Shown here: piece by piece, positions 9,091 through 18,584 of the stretch
How positions within the stretch are numbered: position 1 is the stretch's first letter
Layout: every line of letters begins with the position of its first letter
Assembly (NCBI GenBank): GCA_035318925.1
Contig: DATHDS010000032.1
Coordinates: 5,993 to 69,992, forward strand
Source of the DNA: Gaiellaceae bacterium
GTDB lineage: Bacteria > Actinomycetota > Thermoleophilia > Gaiellales > Gaiellaceae
DNA: 64,000 nt
Direction: 5' to 3'
Notes under the pieces: model-generated
What the model was told of the DNA's origin: nothing
Seen by the model: the letters and a program-made list of their open reading frames with translations, nothing else
The model's database searches: none
Position numbers and translations under genes: made by a program

Positions 9091-10437
9091 GTGGGACTTG
9101 GGCCGCGCCGGTCCGCCGCCGATGAGAGGAATCGCGTGAACCCAGAGAGAGGCCTCCCCGAGCTACTCGAAGCGCTGCGCTGGCAATGGAAGCCGACGTT
9201 GCTCGTCGCGCTCGCGTTTCTCGCGGGCTCCTACCTCGTCGTCCGCACCTTGCCCTCCGAATACGACGGGAAGGCGATCGTCGCCATTGCACCCCGGGCC
9301 GACGTCCCTTCGGCGGGCGCCGACACGGTCCGGGTCGTCGCACCGAAGTACGTCGACTACGTGACCGCGCCCGCCACCGTCCGCGCTGTGGCCATCGGGC
9401 TCCCCGACAGCGCGCAGACCCTCGAGAAGGCCGTCAACGCCACCCTCGCGCGCGACACCGGCACGATCACGGTGACCGTCCGGCTGCGTTCACCAGAGCG
9501 GGCGGCGCAGGCGGCAAACGCCTTCGCGCAGCAGCTCGTCAACTTCTCGCGCGGCGATCCGCTCTTGAGCGGACAGCTCGTCGCGGAAGCTCTTCCTCCG
9601 AAGGCCACCGCCGCGCCGCCGCGGCGTCTCCTGCTCGGTGCCGCGCTCATCGTCGGGCTCCTGCTCGGCGCGGGTGTCTCGGTACTGCGCGAGCGCGGTC
9701 GCCCGCGGCTGCGCACGTGGCGCGACATGGCCCGACTGACCGGCTATCAGGTCGTCGGGCGCATTCCGACCTCGCGCACCTTGCGGAAGAAGATGACGAT
9801 GGCGTTCTCGGACCCCATCGTGGGCGCGTCGTTCCGGACGCTGCGCGCGAACATCGAGCCGCAGCTGCGCGACCACAAGATCAAGCTCATCGTCGTCACG
9901 TCTGCGTCCCCGGCTGATGGGAAGACGACGGTCGCAGCGCTCGTCGCAGAGGCGTTGAGCCGCCTCGGCGCCCGCACGCTCCTCGTCGACGGCGACCTGC
10001 GGCGGCCCCGGCTGGCCACGATGATGTCGCTGAACGAGCACCGTGGGCTCTCATCCGTCCTGCGCCGCGGCAGCGAGCTGAAGAGCGAGGTGCAGCCCGG
10101 CTGGGTTCAAGACCTGTTCGTCCTCCCGACCGTCGTCGACGATGACGCCGGCGACCTGCTCGCCCGTCGCTTCGGCGAGGTCGCGGACGAGGCGCTCGAG
10201 GACTTCGAGTTCATCGTCGTCGACACGCCTCCACTGCTTGCGACCGAGGACGCGCGGACGATCGCCACTCACGCACAGGCCGTCCTGCTGGTCGTCTCCG
10301 CCGGCTCGAGCGTGGAGCAGGTGAACGAGGCGATCCTCACGATCGAGTCGTTGAAGGCGCCGCTCCTGGGCCTCGTCGGGAACCGCCTGAAGGAATCGGG
10401 CGCCGCGTACTACTACGGCTCGGGCTCCACGACCTAG
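9091..10437 (+). CDS. polysaccharide co-polymerase (Wzz-like) fused to BY-type tyrosine autokinase
   Basis: Two TM segments flank a periplasmic-type region. Kinase motifs are SASPADGKTT (Walker A), LLVDGDLRRP (A') and FIVVDTPP (B), with a C-terminal Tyr cluster AAYYYGS. The start could also be the GTG at 9136. Confidence 0.85.
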   Translation: MGLGPRRSAADERNRVNPERGLPELLEALRWQWKPTLLVALAFLAGSYLVVRTLPSEYDGKAIVAIAPRADVPSAGADTVRVVAPKYVDYVTAPATVRAVAIGLPDSAQTLEKAVNATLARDTGTITVTVRLRSPERAAQAANAFAQQLVNFSRGDPLLSGQLVAEALPPKATAAPPRRLLLGAALIVGLLLGAGVSVLRERGRPRLRTWRDMARLTGYQVVGRIPTSRTLRKKMTMAFSDPIVGASFRTLRANIEPQLRDHKIKLIVVTSASPADGKTTVAALVAEALSRLGARTLLVDGDLRRPRLATMMSLNEHRGLSSVLRRGSELKSEVQPGWVQDLFVLPTVVDDDAGDLLARRFGEVADEALEDFEFIVVDTPPLLATEDARTIATHAQAVLLVVSAGSSVEQVNEAILTIESLKAPLLGLVGNRLKESGAAYYYGSGSTT

Positions 10438-10597
10438 GAGGGTTTGGTGGAATGTTGCTCGTCGCCGGGGTGCGATGCTCGTTCCGAGGCCGCGGACGCA
10501 GGGAGCCCCGGTAGTCACCACTACCGGGGCGACTGAGGACCCGGCCTCGGGACGAGCAGCGCGGCCCGGCGGCTCAGCCATATTTCGCCAAACCCTC
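10438..10597. mobile_element. MITE-like 160-bp imperfect palindromic element flanked by CTAG/CTAG
   Basis: Left end GAGGGTTTGGTGGAATGTTGCT; reverse complement of the right end GAGGGTTTGGCGAAATATGGCT (18/22 match). CTAG at 10434-10437 and again at 10598-10601. The interior is largely self-complementary, including a perfect 10-bp stem at 10506-10529. Confidence 0.5.
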
Positions 10598-11722
10598 CTA
10601 GCCTCGCCCGGCGAGGACGTCGCCGTAGAGACCGGCGATCGCAGCCGTCGACCGGCGAAGGTCGTGAGCGTGCGCCACGTTTTGCCGCGCGGCCCGACCC
10701 TCCGCTGCAGTGAGGGTGGGATCGAGGAGCCGCTCGGCAAGCGCTGCGGCGAGCGCCGGCGGATCGGTGCTCGGTACGACGATCCCGCCGCCGTCGCGGA
10801 GTGCCTCCTGAGCCCCGGGCACGTCGGTCGTGACCACGCTACGGCCGCGCGCCATCGCCTCGAGCATGGCCAGGGACATGCCCTCGCGCCGTGAGGGGAC
10901 GCAGACGACGTCCGCCGCCGCGAGCCACTCGGCGACGTCGGTGCTGTGGCCGGCCAGTCGGACTCCCGGCACACGCTGCGCCTCGAGCGCCTCCTGGTCG
11001 GGCCCCTCTCCCACGAGCACGAGCTGCGCCTCGGGCACCCGCTCGAGCACCGCAGGCCAGCCCGCCAGCAGCAGAGTCTGGCCCTTCGCTTCGGAGAGTC
11101 GCCCAACGCAGACGACCAGCGGGCTTCCCGAGAGCCCGAGGCGCTCCCGCGCAGCCGCTCGGTCTCCCACGGATGCCTCGCGGAGCACTTCGATGTCGAC
11201 GCCGTTCGGAACGACCCGCCAGTCGGCGTGCAAACCCCGCTCCTCTCCCCGCGAGCGCTCGCCATCGCTGACGCAGACGAGGACGTCGCTCCAGCGCGTT
11301 GCGAAGCGCTCCCAGGCCGCCGCGCCCCGTCCGATGCTGCCCTCGGCGGCGTCGAAGGACCAGCCGTGCGGCTGGAAGACGGTTGGCAGACGGCCGCGCA
11401 AGGCGAGCCGCCCCGCCAGGCCCGCCTTCGACGAGTGGAGGTGGACGACGTCCGGCTTCCAGGAGCGCACGATCGCGGCGAGCCGCAGCGTCTCCACAGG
11501 GACCGACGGCCCAGGCTCGCGCCGAACGTTCCAGCGGACATGCTCCGCAGCGGCTTCCCGCGCCGCGCCCGCGATGTCGCCTGCGGCCGGACAGGCGACC
11601 CCGACGCGCCAGCCGCGACCGACCTGGTCGGCCAGGAGGTCGCTCACGGAACGCGCGACGCCGCCGACGGTCGGCTGGGTGACGTGGAGGATGTCCAGGC
11701 GCTCGGGCGGGTCGGGGCTCAT
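10598..11722 (-). CDS. family 4 (GT-B) glycosyltransferase
   Basis: N-terminus ILHVTQPTVGGVARSV and C-terminus VPSRREGMSLAMLEAMARGRSVVTTDVPG (EX7E region). Confidence 0.85.
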   Translation of the reverse strand: MSPDPPERLDILHVTQPTVGGVARSVSDLLADQVGRGWRVGVACPAAGDIAGAAREAAAEHVRWNVRREPGPSVPVETLRLAAIVRSWKPDVVHLHSSKAGLAGRLALRGRLPTVFQPHGWSFDAAEGSIGRGAAAWERFATRWSDVLVCVSDGERSRGEERGLHADWRVVPNGVDIEVLREASVGDRAAARERLGLSGSPLVVCVGRLSEAKGQTLLLAGWPAVLERVPEAQLVLVGEGPDQEALEAQRVPGVRLAGHSTDVAEWLAAADVVCVPSRREGMSLAMLEAMARGRSVVTTDVPGAQEALRDGGGIVVPSTDPPALAAALAERLLDPTLTAAEGRAARQNVAHAHDLRRSTAAIAGLYGDVLAGRG

Positions 11723-11781
11723 GCCGGTAAGCGATACGGCGGCCGCCGCGCCCAGCGCGCGAGGGAGATTAATGTGAGCGC

Positions 11782-12528
11782 GTGATCGACCTCCACGCTC
11801 ACATTCTGCCCGGCATCGACGACGGCGCTCGAACCCTGGAGGAAGCCCGCGAGCTCGCCCGGCGGTCGGCTGCCGATGGTGTTCGGGCGATCGCCGCTAC
11901 GCCTCACGTGCGGGCCGACTACCCGACGGGTGCCACGCAGATGGAGCAGGGCGTCGCGGCCCTCCGGGCGGATTTCGCCGCGGAGCTCATCCCCGTGGAG
12001 GTGCTGACGGGCGGCGAGGTCGACCTCCAGGCCCTTGCCGACCTGCCGCCCGACGACCTGCGCCGGTTCACCCTGGCGGGCGGCAGCTACCTGCTGCTCG
12101 AGTTTCCGTATCGTGGCTGGCCCCTTGCGCTGGACACGGCGGTGCACGCGCTCTGCGCGGACGGGCTCACGCCCTTGCTCGGCCACCCGGAGCGCAATCC
12201 CGAGGTGCAGGATCGGCCCGACAGGATCGAAGCGCTGGTCGAGGCGGGCGCGCGCGTGCAGGTGACCGCGGCCTCGGTCGACGGGCGGCTCGACGAGGCG
12301 AGCCGGAGCACGGCGTTCCGGCTCCTCGAGCTCGGTCTCGTGCACGCGCTCGCGAGCGACGCGCACGGACGGGGGATCCGAGCTGCGGGACTCGCCACAG
12401 CCGTCCGTGCGATCGGAGACCGCGCCCTGGGCGACTACCTGACGAACGAGGCGCCTGCGGCGATCGTCGCCGGCGAGCCGCTCCCGGCGCGCACGCCGCG
12501 GCTCTCGCCCGGCACGGCCTCTTCCTGA
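11782..12528 (+). CDS. CpsB/YwqE-type PHP-domain protein-tyrosine phosphatase
   Basis: MIDLHAHILPGIDDGA, ATPHV, LLGHPERN and ASDAHG are the signature histidine motifs of the capsular phosphatases that partner BY-kinases. Confidence 0.85.
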   Translation: MIDLHAHILPGIDDGARTLEEARELARRSAADGVRAIAATPHVRADYPTGATQMEQGVAALRADFAAELIPVEVLTGGEVDLQALADLPPDDLRRFTLAGGSYLLLEFPYRGWPLALDTAVHALCADGLTPLLGHPERNPEVQDRPDRIEALVEAGARVQVTAASVDGRLDEASRSTAFRLLELGLVHALASDAHGRGIRAAGLATAVRAIGDRALGDYLTNEAPAAIVAGEPLPARTPRLSPGTASS

Positions 12529-12543
12529 CGTCGCCGGGGGTGC

Positions 12544-13542
12544 TCAGGCCTCGAGCGTCGACCCGAGCGCCGGCGTGGCGCGGACGTACTCGACGACGTC
12601 GCCGAGAATCCGATCGAGATCGAGATCCGGCTGCCAGCCGATCGCCGCCTGAATCTTGTCGATCGACGGCTCGCGGTGGAGCGTGTCTTCGATCCCGACC
12701 TCGTACACCTCGCCGTACGGGATGAAGACGAGCTCGGACTCGGACTGCGTCAGCGCTCGGATGCGCTCCGCGAGATCGACGATCCGAATCCCTCCGGTCG
12801 AGCCGACGTTGAAGATCTCGCCCGAGATCGATCGCTCGTCGATGAGCCCCTTCAGCGCGCGGATCGTGTCCGAGACATGGCAGAAGGAGCGCGTCTGCGT
12901 GCCGTCGCCATGGACCTCGATCGGCCGTCCCGAGAGCGCTCGCTGGACGAAGCGAGGAATCACCATCCCGTACTGGCCGCTCTGTCGGGGGCCGACCGTG
13001 TTGAAGAGACGGGCGATGACGAAGTCGAGGCCTCGTTCTTGCTTGTAACCCAGGGCGAGGAACTCGTCCATCGCCTTCGAGTCCGCGTAGAGCCAGCGCT
13101 TCTGCGTCGTCGGGCCGTAGACGCGCCGGTCTTCTTCGGTGAGTGGCCGCGCCTCGCGGTGGTCGCCGTAGATCTCGGAGCTCGAGGCGATCAGCACGCG
13201 CTTCCCGAAGCGGTTGCAGTACTCGAGCACTGTCTCCGTGCCCTGGACGTTCGTGACCATCGTCAGCACCGGCTGCTCGACGATGAGCCGGACACCGACG
13301 GCTGCGGCGAGGTGGTACACGACGTCGCACTTGTGCACGAGCTCGCTGACAACGGCCGGCGCGAGCACCGAGTCGACCACGAGATGAAAGCCCTTCCGCT
13401 CCCGGAGGTGGAAGATATTGGCCTCCGAGCCCGTCGAGAGGTTGTCGAGGGCGAAGACCTCCCAACCCTCGTCGAGCAGCAGCTCGGACAAATGGGAGCC
13501 AATGAAGCCGGCGCCGCCCGTGACGAGAGCCTTCCCGCTCAC
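12544..13542 (-). CDS. NAD-dependent nucleotide-sugar epimerase/dehydratase (UDP-glucuronate decarboxylase-like)
   Basis: LVTGGAGFIGSHL Rossmann motif, the YADSK catalytic YxxxK, and an SDR-extended length of 332 aa. Confidence 0.85.
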   Translation of the reverse strand: MSGKALVTGGAGFIGSHLSELLLDEGWEVFALDNLSTGSEANIFHLRERKGFHLVVDSVLAPAVVSELVHKCDVVYHLAAAVGVRLIVEQPVLTMVTNVQGTETVLEYCNRFGKRVLIASSSEIYGDHREARPLTEEDRRVYGPTTQKRWLYADSKAMDEFLALGYKQERGLDFVIARLFNTVGPRQSGQYGMVIPRFVQRALSGRPIEVHGDGTQTRSFCHVSDTIRALKGLIDERSISGEIFNVGSTGGIRIVDLAERIRALTQSESELVFIPYGEVYEVGIEDTLHREPSIDKIQAAIGWQPDLDLDRILGDVVEYVRATPALGSTLEA

Positions 13543-13693
13543 CGGCGGCGAAGACTATAGGAGGCTGGCTAAACCGATTGCGTTCTGGGGCCGAAAGCGT
13601 TACCGAATGACCCTTGCGGACCCGACATTCCACACGCACTATGAGTTTGAACCACCTAGGGGAACGGGTAAAACTCGGAGGGAAAGGAGACAC

Positions 13694-14083
13694 ATGGTTC
13701 GGGGGGCGGGCTTTGCGCTTGCCTCGTTGGCTCTAGCGCTGGTTCTCGCGGGACCGGCCGCTTCGGCGACGCGGCAGCAGACGTCACAGAGGATCTTCGC
13801 CGACCTGGCCGACAACGGCCGGCTCGACGGGCATTACACGCGCGCCCAGATCGATGGCGCGCTGCGTTCGCCGTCGCTCAAAGGCTATGAACACCCCGCG
13901 ATTGCGCCTCCGGCCTCGAACCCCCCTTCTCGAGCGGTGCCGTCAGTCGTCACCGCTCGCGGCTCGATTCCCTTCAGCGGTCTCGACCTCGCGCTGCTCG
14001 GCGCCGTCGGAGGCCCGCTGCTTCTGCTCGGAGCAAGCCTGGGGCGCCTCGCGCACGTGAAGCCTGAAGCGGAGCTGAGGTAG
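13694..14083 (+). CDS. small secreted protein with C-terminal hydrophobic anchor
   Basis: ATG at 13694 preceded by GGAAAGGAGA. Signal peptide (ALASLALALVLAGPAASA) and a C-terminal PFSG..LALLGAVGGPLLLLGASLGRL segment. The listed upstream extension to 13418 overlaps the divergent epimerase gene. Confidence 0.5.
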   Translation: MVRGAGFALASLALALVLAGPAASATRQQTSQRIFADLADNGRLDGHYTRAQIDGALRSPSLKGYEHPAIAPPASNPPSRAVPSVVTARGSIPFSGLDLALLGAVGGPLLLLGASLGRLAHVKPEAELR

Positions 14084-14112
14084 TTGCCCCGCCTGCGGCG
14101 GAGAAGGCGCTG

Positions 14113-15609
14113 ATGGCCGACCGGGCAGTCCGCTCGACGATCACCGACGCGCCGAGCGCCCTCGGCACCCTGCGCCGCCGCGCGCAAGGCCTCACGGGGA
14201 TCGGCGTCCGTCCCGGGCGTGCGTGGTCGGTCGCACGGTTCTCTCTCGATACGACGATGCTCGTCACCGCGGGCGTCGCCGCGACGCTCGGGTCGAGCGC
14301 GGTCAACGTCCCCGCGCCGTCGGCGCTCTGGCTCTCTGTGTTCACGGCGTTCGTCCTTGCCTTCTGCGGCGCGCGCGGTATGTACGGCACGCGCCTGCAC
14401 TACGAGTTGCTCGAGGACCTCCGGGTCGTTCTCATCGCGACGTCGCTTGCGGCGATGGCCGTGCTCTCCCTGCGTGAGCTCATCTCGGCGCCGCCCGATC
14501 TGTCCGCCCAGGTGATCCGGACCTGGGCCTTCGCGACTGCCTACGTGGCCGCCGGGCGCATCGCCCTGAGCTGGTCGCGCGCACAGGCCTACCGGCACGG
14601 CGAATCGGTTCGGCCGACCCTGATCATCGGCGCCGGCAGGATCGGCCGCCTGGCCGCGAAGAGGCTGCTCGCTCACCCTCAGCTCGGGCTCAAGCCGATC
14701 GGCTTTCTCGACAAGGACCCAATGGCCAGCGAGGACGATTCGCTGCCGCTTCCCGTCCTCGGTGCGAGCTGGGACCTCGACCGGGTGGTCTCCCAGCACA
14801 AGGTCGAGCAGGTGATCGTCACCTTCTCGCGGGCGCCGCACGAGGTGATGCTCCGGCTCATCAGGCGCTGCGACGAGCTCGGCGTCCACGTCGCGTTCGT
14901 CCCGCGCCTCTTCGAATCCGTCACGAGCCGGCTCACCGTCGAGCATCTCGGGGGCCTCCCGCTGCTGTCGGCCCGGCCCGTGAATCCGAAGGGCGTCCAG
15001 TTCGCGATCAAGTACACGGCCGACCGCCTCGTCGCGGGCGTGGCGCTGCTGATCGCAGTGCCGGTGATGCTCCCGGCCGCGCTCGCGATCCTGCTCACGC
15101 TTGGACGGCCGCTCTTCTTCCGACAGGTCCGCGTCGGGCGCGACGGGCGCACGTTCGAGATGCTCAAGTTCAGGACGATGAGGCCCGTGGTCGAGGCCGA
15201 GCTCGGAGCTGAGGCCCTCGAGCTGCCCCCCGACACCGCGCCCGGCGGCGTCGAGGGCGGCGACCGGCGTACGCGTCTAGGCACGTTCCTGCGCCGTACC
15301 TCGCTCGACGAGCTCCCGCAGCTGATCAACGTCCTCAAGGGCCAGATGAGCCTGATCGGCCCCCGGCCGGAGCGTCCTGAGTTCGTCGGCCGCTTCGAGG
15401 GCAGCGTCTACCGCTACGGCGATCGGCTTCGGGTCAAGTCCGGGATCACGGGCTGGGCGCAGGTGAACGGCCTCCGCGGCAAGACGTCGCTGTCCGACCG
15501 GGTCGAGTGGGACAACTACTACATCGAGAACTGGTCGCTCTGGCTCGATCTCAAGGTGCTCCTCTTGACCGTGCTCGCCGTCGCGCATTCCCCCCGACAC
15601 GTCGAATAA
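14113..15609 (+). CDS. polyprenyl-phosphate sugar phosphotransferase (WbaP/EpsL-type priming transferase)
   Basis: N-terminal TM segments, LIIGAGRIG, and the C-terminal bacterial sugar transferase domain (FEMLKFRTM, DELPQLINVLKGQMSLIGPRPERP, GITGWAQVNG). Confidence 0.9.
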   Translation: MADRAVRSTITDAPSALGTLRRRAQGLTGIGVRPGRAWSVARFSLDTTMLVTAGVAATLGSSAVNVPAPSALWLSVFTAFVLAFCGARGMYGTRLHYELLEDLRVVLIATSLAAMAVLSLRELISAPPDLSAQVIRTWAFATAYVAAGRIALSWSRAQAYRHGESVRPTLIIGAGRIGRLAAKRLLAHPQLGLKPIGFLDKDPMASEDDSLPLPVLGASWDLDRVVSQHKVEQVIVTFSRAPHEVMLRLIRRCDELGVHVAFVPRLFESVTSRLTVEHLGGLPLLSARPVNPKGVQFAIKYTADRLVAGVALLIAVPVMLPAALAILLTLGRPLFFRQVRVGRDGRTFEMLKFRTMRPVVEAELGAEALELPPDTAPGGVEGGDRRTRLGTFLRRTSLDELPQLINVLKGQMSLIGPRPERPEFVGRFEGSVYRYGDRLRVKSGITGWAQVNGLRGKTSLSDRVEWDNYYIENWSLWLDLKVLLLTVLAVAHSPRHVE

Positions 15610-15661
15610 AGGCACGGATAACGAGGGTCGGCGGATCGACGTGCTCGCCCTTGCAGCTTCG

Positions 15662-15799
15662 TTAAGGGGCGGCGCGTGTGAGTAGGACGCCGGCGGCCAG
15701 GAATGTGAGTAATGCTGGGGCGGCGGCAACGCCGAATGACAGCGATGCGAGAACGCTTTCGCCGAGCACGAACAGCACCAGTGCGTAGAGCCTGCTCAC
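15662..15799 (-). CDS. possible 45-aa two-helix membrane peptide
   Basis: Not in the track because it is under 60 aa. A GTG start is preceded by GGGAAGGGGAA. Translation: VSRLYALVLFVLGESVLASLSFGVAAAPALLTFLAAGVLLTRAAP. Confidence 0.3.
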   Translation of the reverse strand: MSRLYALVLFVLGESVLASLSFGVAAAPALLTFLAAGVLLTRAAP

Positions 15800-15968
15800 T
15801 TCCCCTTCCCCCGTAAAACCCGCTCTTAGCGTAAGTGGTTACGCGTCGTACGTAAAGCCTTTGTGAATCCGGGTCGATAGCCCTTGTGGGCCTTCGGTGG
15901 CGCCCGAGGCGTCGGCTAGGATGAGGCTCCGTTTCGTCGTTCGACCTTGTTGGGAGCGGTCACCCGGT

Positions 15969-18503
15969 TTGTTCGAAAGATTCACAGAGAGAGCGCGTCA
16001 AGTAGTCGTCCTCGCACAGGACGAGGCCAGGGCGCTCAAGCACAACTACATCGGCACCGAGCACATCCTGCTCGGGCTCCTTCGCGAGGAGGAGGGGCTC
16101 GCAGCGCGCGTGCTCGAGTCGCTCGACATCACCGTCGAGGAGGTGCGCGCGCAGATCGCCCGCATCGTCGGCCAGGGCGACGAGGTGACGACCGGACAGA
16201 TTCCGTTCACGCCGCGTGCGAAGAAGGTGCTCGAGCTCGCGCTGCGCGAAGCGCTCTCGCTGGGTCACAACTACATCGGCACCGAGCACATCCTGCTCGG
16301 GCTCGTGCGCGAGAACGAGGGCGTCGCCGCGCGGATCCTGCTCGACTTCGACGCCGACGCGGAGAAGATCCGCAACGAGATCATCCGCATGCTCTCCGGC
16401 CCCGGCCGCCGCCAGCAGGGCGGAGGCACGGCTCCGGGCGAGAAGACGAAGAGCTCGAAGCTCCTCGACCAGTTCGGCCGCAACCTGACGCGCCAGTCGG
16501 CCGAGGGCAAGCTCGACCCCGTCGTCGGCCGCGCGACCGAGATCGAGCGCGTGATGCAGATCCTGTCGCGCCGCACGAAGAACAACCCCGTCCTGATCGG
16601 TGAGCCCGGCGTCGGCAAGACGGCCGTCGTCGAGGGCCTGGCTGCACGCATCGCCACCAACCAGGTGCCCGAGCTGCTCAAGAACAAGCAGATCTACACG
16701 CTCGACCTCGCCGCCCTCGTCGCCGGCTCCAAGTACCGCGGCGAGTTCGAGGAGCGCCTGAAGAAGGTCATGAAGGAGATCATGCAGCGGGGCGACATCA
16801 TCCTCTTCATCGACGAGCTCCATAACCTCGTCGGCGCGGGCGCGGCCGAGGGCGCGATCGACGCAGCCTCGATCCTGAAGCCGGCTCTGGCGCGTGGCGA
16901 GCTCCAGACGATCGGCGCGACGACGCTCGACGAGTACCGCAAGTACCTCGAGCGCGACGCGGCGCTCGAGCGGCGCTTCCAGCAGATTCGCGTCGACGAG
17001 CCGTCGGTGGACGATACGGTCGAGATCCTGCGCGGCCTGCGCGATCGCTACGAGGCGCACCACCGCTGCAAGATCTCCGACGACGCTTTGCGTGCGGCCG
17101 CAATCCTCGCCGACCGTTACATCCAGGATCGTCACCTGCCCGACAAGGCGATCGACCTCGTCGACGAGGCCGCCTCGCGCATGCGCATCAAGAACATGAC
17201 CGCGCCGCCGCGCTACCGGGAGCTCGAGGACGAGATCACGAAGGTCCGCGGCGAGAAGGAAGACGCGATCGAGGCCCAGGAGTTCGAGAAGGCGGCATCG
17301 CTCCGCGACAAGGAGCGGAAGCTGACGCAGAAGAAGCGCGAGCTCGAGGAGAGCTGGCACGCCGAGGAAGGCGTCGACCAGCCGCAGATCGGCGAGGAGG
17401 AGATCGCGGACATCGTCTCGATGTGGACGGGCATCCCGGTCTTCAAGCTGACCGAGGCCGAGTCGCAGAAGCTGATCCGCATGGAGGACGAGCTCCACAA
17501 GCGCGTCGTCGGCCAGGAGGAAGCAATCGTCGCCGTCTCCAAGTCGATCCGCCGCGCGCGGGCGGGAATCAAGGATCCCAAGCGCCCCACCGGCTCGTTC
17601 ATTTTCCTCGGCCCGTCAGGCGTCGGGAAGACCGAGCTGGCGCGAACGCTCGCCGAGTTCCTGTTCGGCGACGAGGACATGATGATCCAGGTCGACATGT
17701 CGGAGTACATGGAGAAGCACTCCGTATCCCGGCTCGTCGGCTCGCCACCGGGCTACATCGGCTACGACGAAGGCGGCCAGCTGACCGAGGCCGTGCGCCG
17801 CAAGCCGTACTCGGTCGTCCTCCTCGACGAGATCGAGAAAGCGCACCCGGACGTCTTCAACATCCTGCTCCAGATCCTCGAGGACGGGAAGCTGACCGAC
17901 GCGCAGGGTCGCAAGGTCGACTTCCGCAACACGATCGTGATCATGACGTCGAACATCGGCGCGGCTTCCATCTCCAAGAACCAGTCACTCGGTTTCTCGA
18001 TCGGCGACGACTCCGGGCTCTCGTACGACGACATGAAAGAGCGCGTCATGAGCGAGCTCAAGAAGGTCTTCCGGCCCGAGCTCCTGAACCGAATCGACGA
18101 GGTGATCGTCTTCCACAAGCTGGCGAAGGAAGAGATCAAGGTCATCGTCGGGCTGATGATGCAGCGGCTGCGCGACCAGATGGGGCAGCACGCCGCGGAG
18201 ATATCGCTGACCGACGAGGCGACGGAGCTGCTCGTCGAGAAGGGCTACGACGCGACGATGGGCGCCCGCCCGCTGCGCCGGGCGATCCAGCGCTTCATCG
18301 AGGATCCGCTCGCCGATTTCGTCCTCGGCCGCGAGCTAAAGCCCGGCGTTACGATCCTGGTCGACAAGAAGCCCGACACCGAAGACGAGGTCGAGCTGAC
18401 GCTCATCCCGGGCGTACCTCCCGAGGAGCCCGAGAAGGTCACCGTTCCGCCCGAGGAGCCGGCCGCCGAAGGCGACGATGGCTCCTCGCACGAAGAGGAC
18501 TGA
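15969..18503 (+). CDS. clpC: ATP-dependent Clp protease ATPase subunit ClpC
   Basis: The TTG at 15969 gives [13 protein letters not shown]. There are two Clp_N repeats ([13 protein letters not shown] twice), two AAA modules (GEPGVGKTA; GPSGVGKTE) and a UVR-like linker ([18 protein letters not shown]). Confidence 0.95.
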   Translation: MFERFTERARQVVVLAQDEARALKHNYIGTEHILLGLLREEEGLAARVLESLDITVEEVRAQIARIVGQGDEVTTGQIPFTPRAKKVLELALREALSLGHNYIGTEHILLGLVRENEGVAARILLDFDADAEKIRNEIIRMLSGPGRRQQGGGTAPGEKTKSSKLLDQFGRNLTRQSAEGKLDPVVGRATEIERVMQILSRRTKNNPVLIGEPGVGKTAVVEGLAARIATNQVPELLKNKQIYTLDLAALVAGSKYRGEFEERLKKVMKEIMQRGDIILFIDELHNLVGAGAAEGAIDAASILKPALARGELQTIGATTLDEYRKYLERDAALERRFQQIRVDEPSVDDTVEILRGLRDRYEAHHRCKISDDALRAAAILADRYIQDRHLPDKAIDLVDEAASRMRIKNMTAPPRYRELEDEITKVRGEKEDAIEAQEFEKAASLRDKERKLTQKKRELEESWHAEEGVDQPQIGEEEIADIVSMWTGIPVFKLTEAESQKLIRMEDELHKRVVGQEEAIVAVSKSIRRARAGIKDPKRPTGSFIFLGPSGVGKTELARTLAEFLFGDEDMMIQVDMSEYMEKHSVSRLVGSPPGYIGYDEGGQLTEAVRRKPYSVVLLDEIEKAHPDVFNILLQILEDGKLTDAQGRKVDFRNTIVIMTSNIGAASISKNQSLGFSIGDDSGLSYDDMKERVMSELKKVFRPELLNRIDEVIVFHKLAKEEIKVIVGLMMQRLRDQMGQHAAEISLTDEATELLVEKGYDATMGARPLRRAIQRFIEDPLADFVLGRELKPGVTILVDKKPDTEDEVELTLIPGVPPEEPEKVTVPPEEPAAEGDDGSSHEED

Positions 18504-18551
18504 GACCGACGACCTGATCAACGCGTTGCCACCGGCGTCGGGCTCGTCGCA

Positions 18552-18569
18552 CCGCACGTTCACGTGCGG
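18552..18569. terminator. hairpin between convergent clpC and SPFH genes
   Basis: CCGCACG-TTCA-CGTGCGG is a perfect 7-bp stem in the 81-nt convergent spacer. There is no clear U-tract. Confidence 0.35.
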
Positions 18570-18584
18570 CACGGTGCCGCCGGC

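Noticed and set aside
10438-10597. Possibility that the 160-bp palindromic element is an integron attC site
   Set aside because: Its ends (GCCAAAC / GTTTGGC) do not fit the RYYYAAC / GTTRRRY cores. There is no IntI-type integrase or cassette array nearby; the Xer-type genes are 45 kb away.
15960-17498. 512-aa ORF antisense to clpC, and similar large shadows (22120-23679 -, 34587-36149 -, 36358-38004 +, 43410-45404 -, 56513-58162 +, 57387-58553 -, 59430-60866 -)
   Set aside because: Each is the mirror frame of a confidently identified gene (clpC, radA/carD/ispD, pccB, GGDEF/HD-GYP, sucC, the recombinases, pckA, the SARP regulator). Their composition is typical of non-coding frames.
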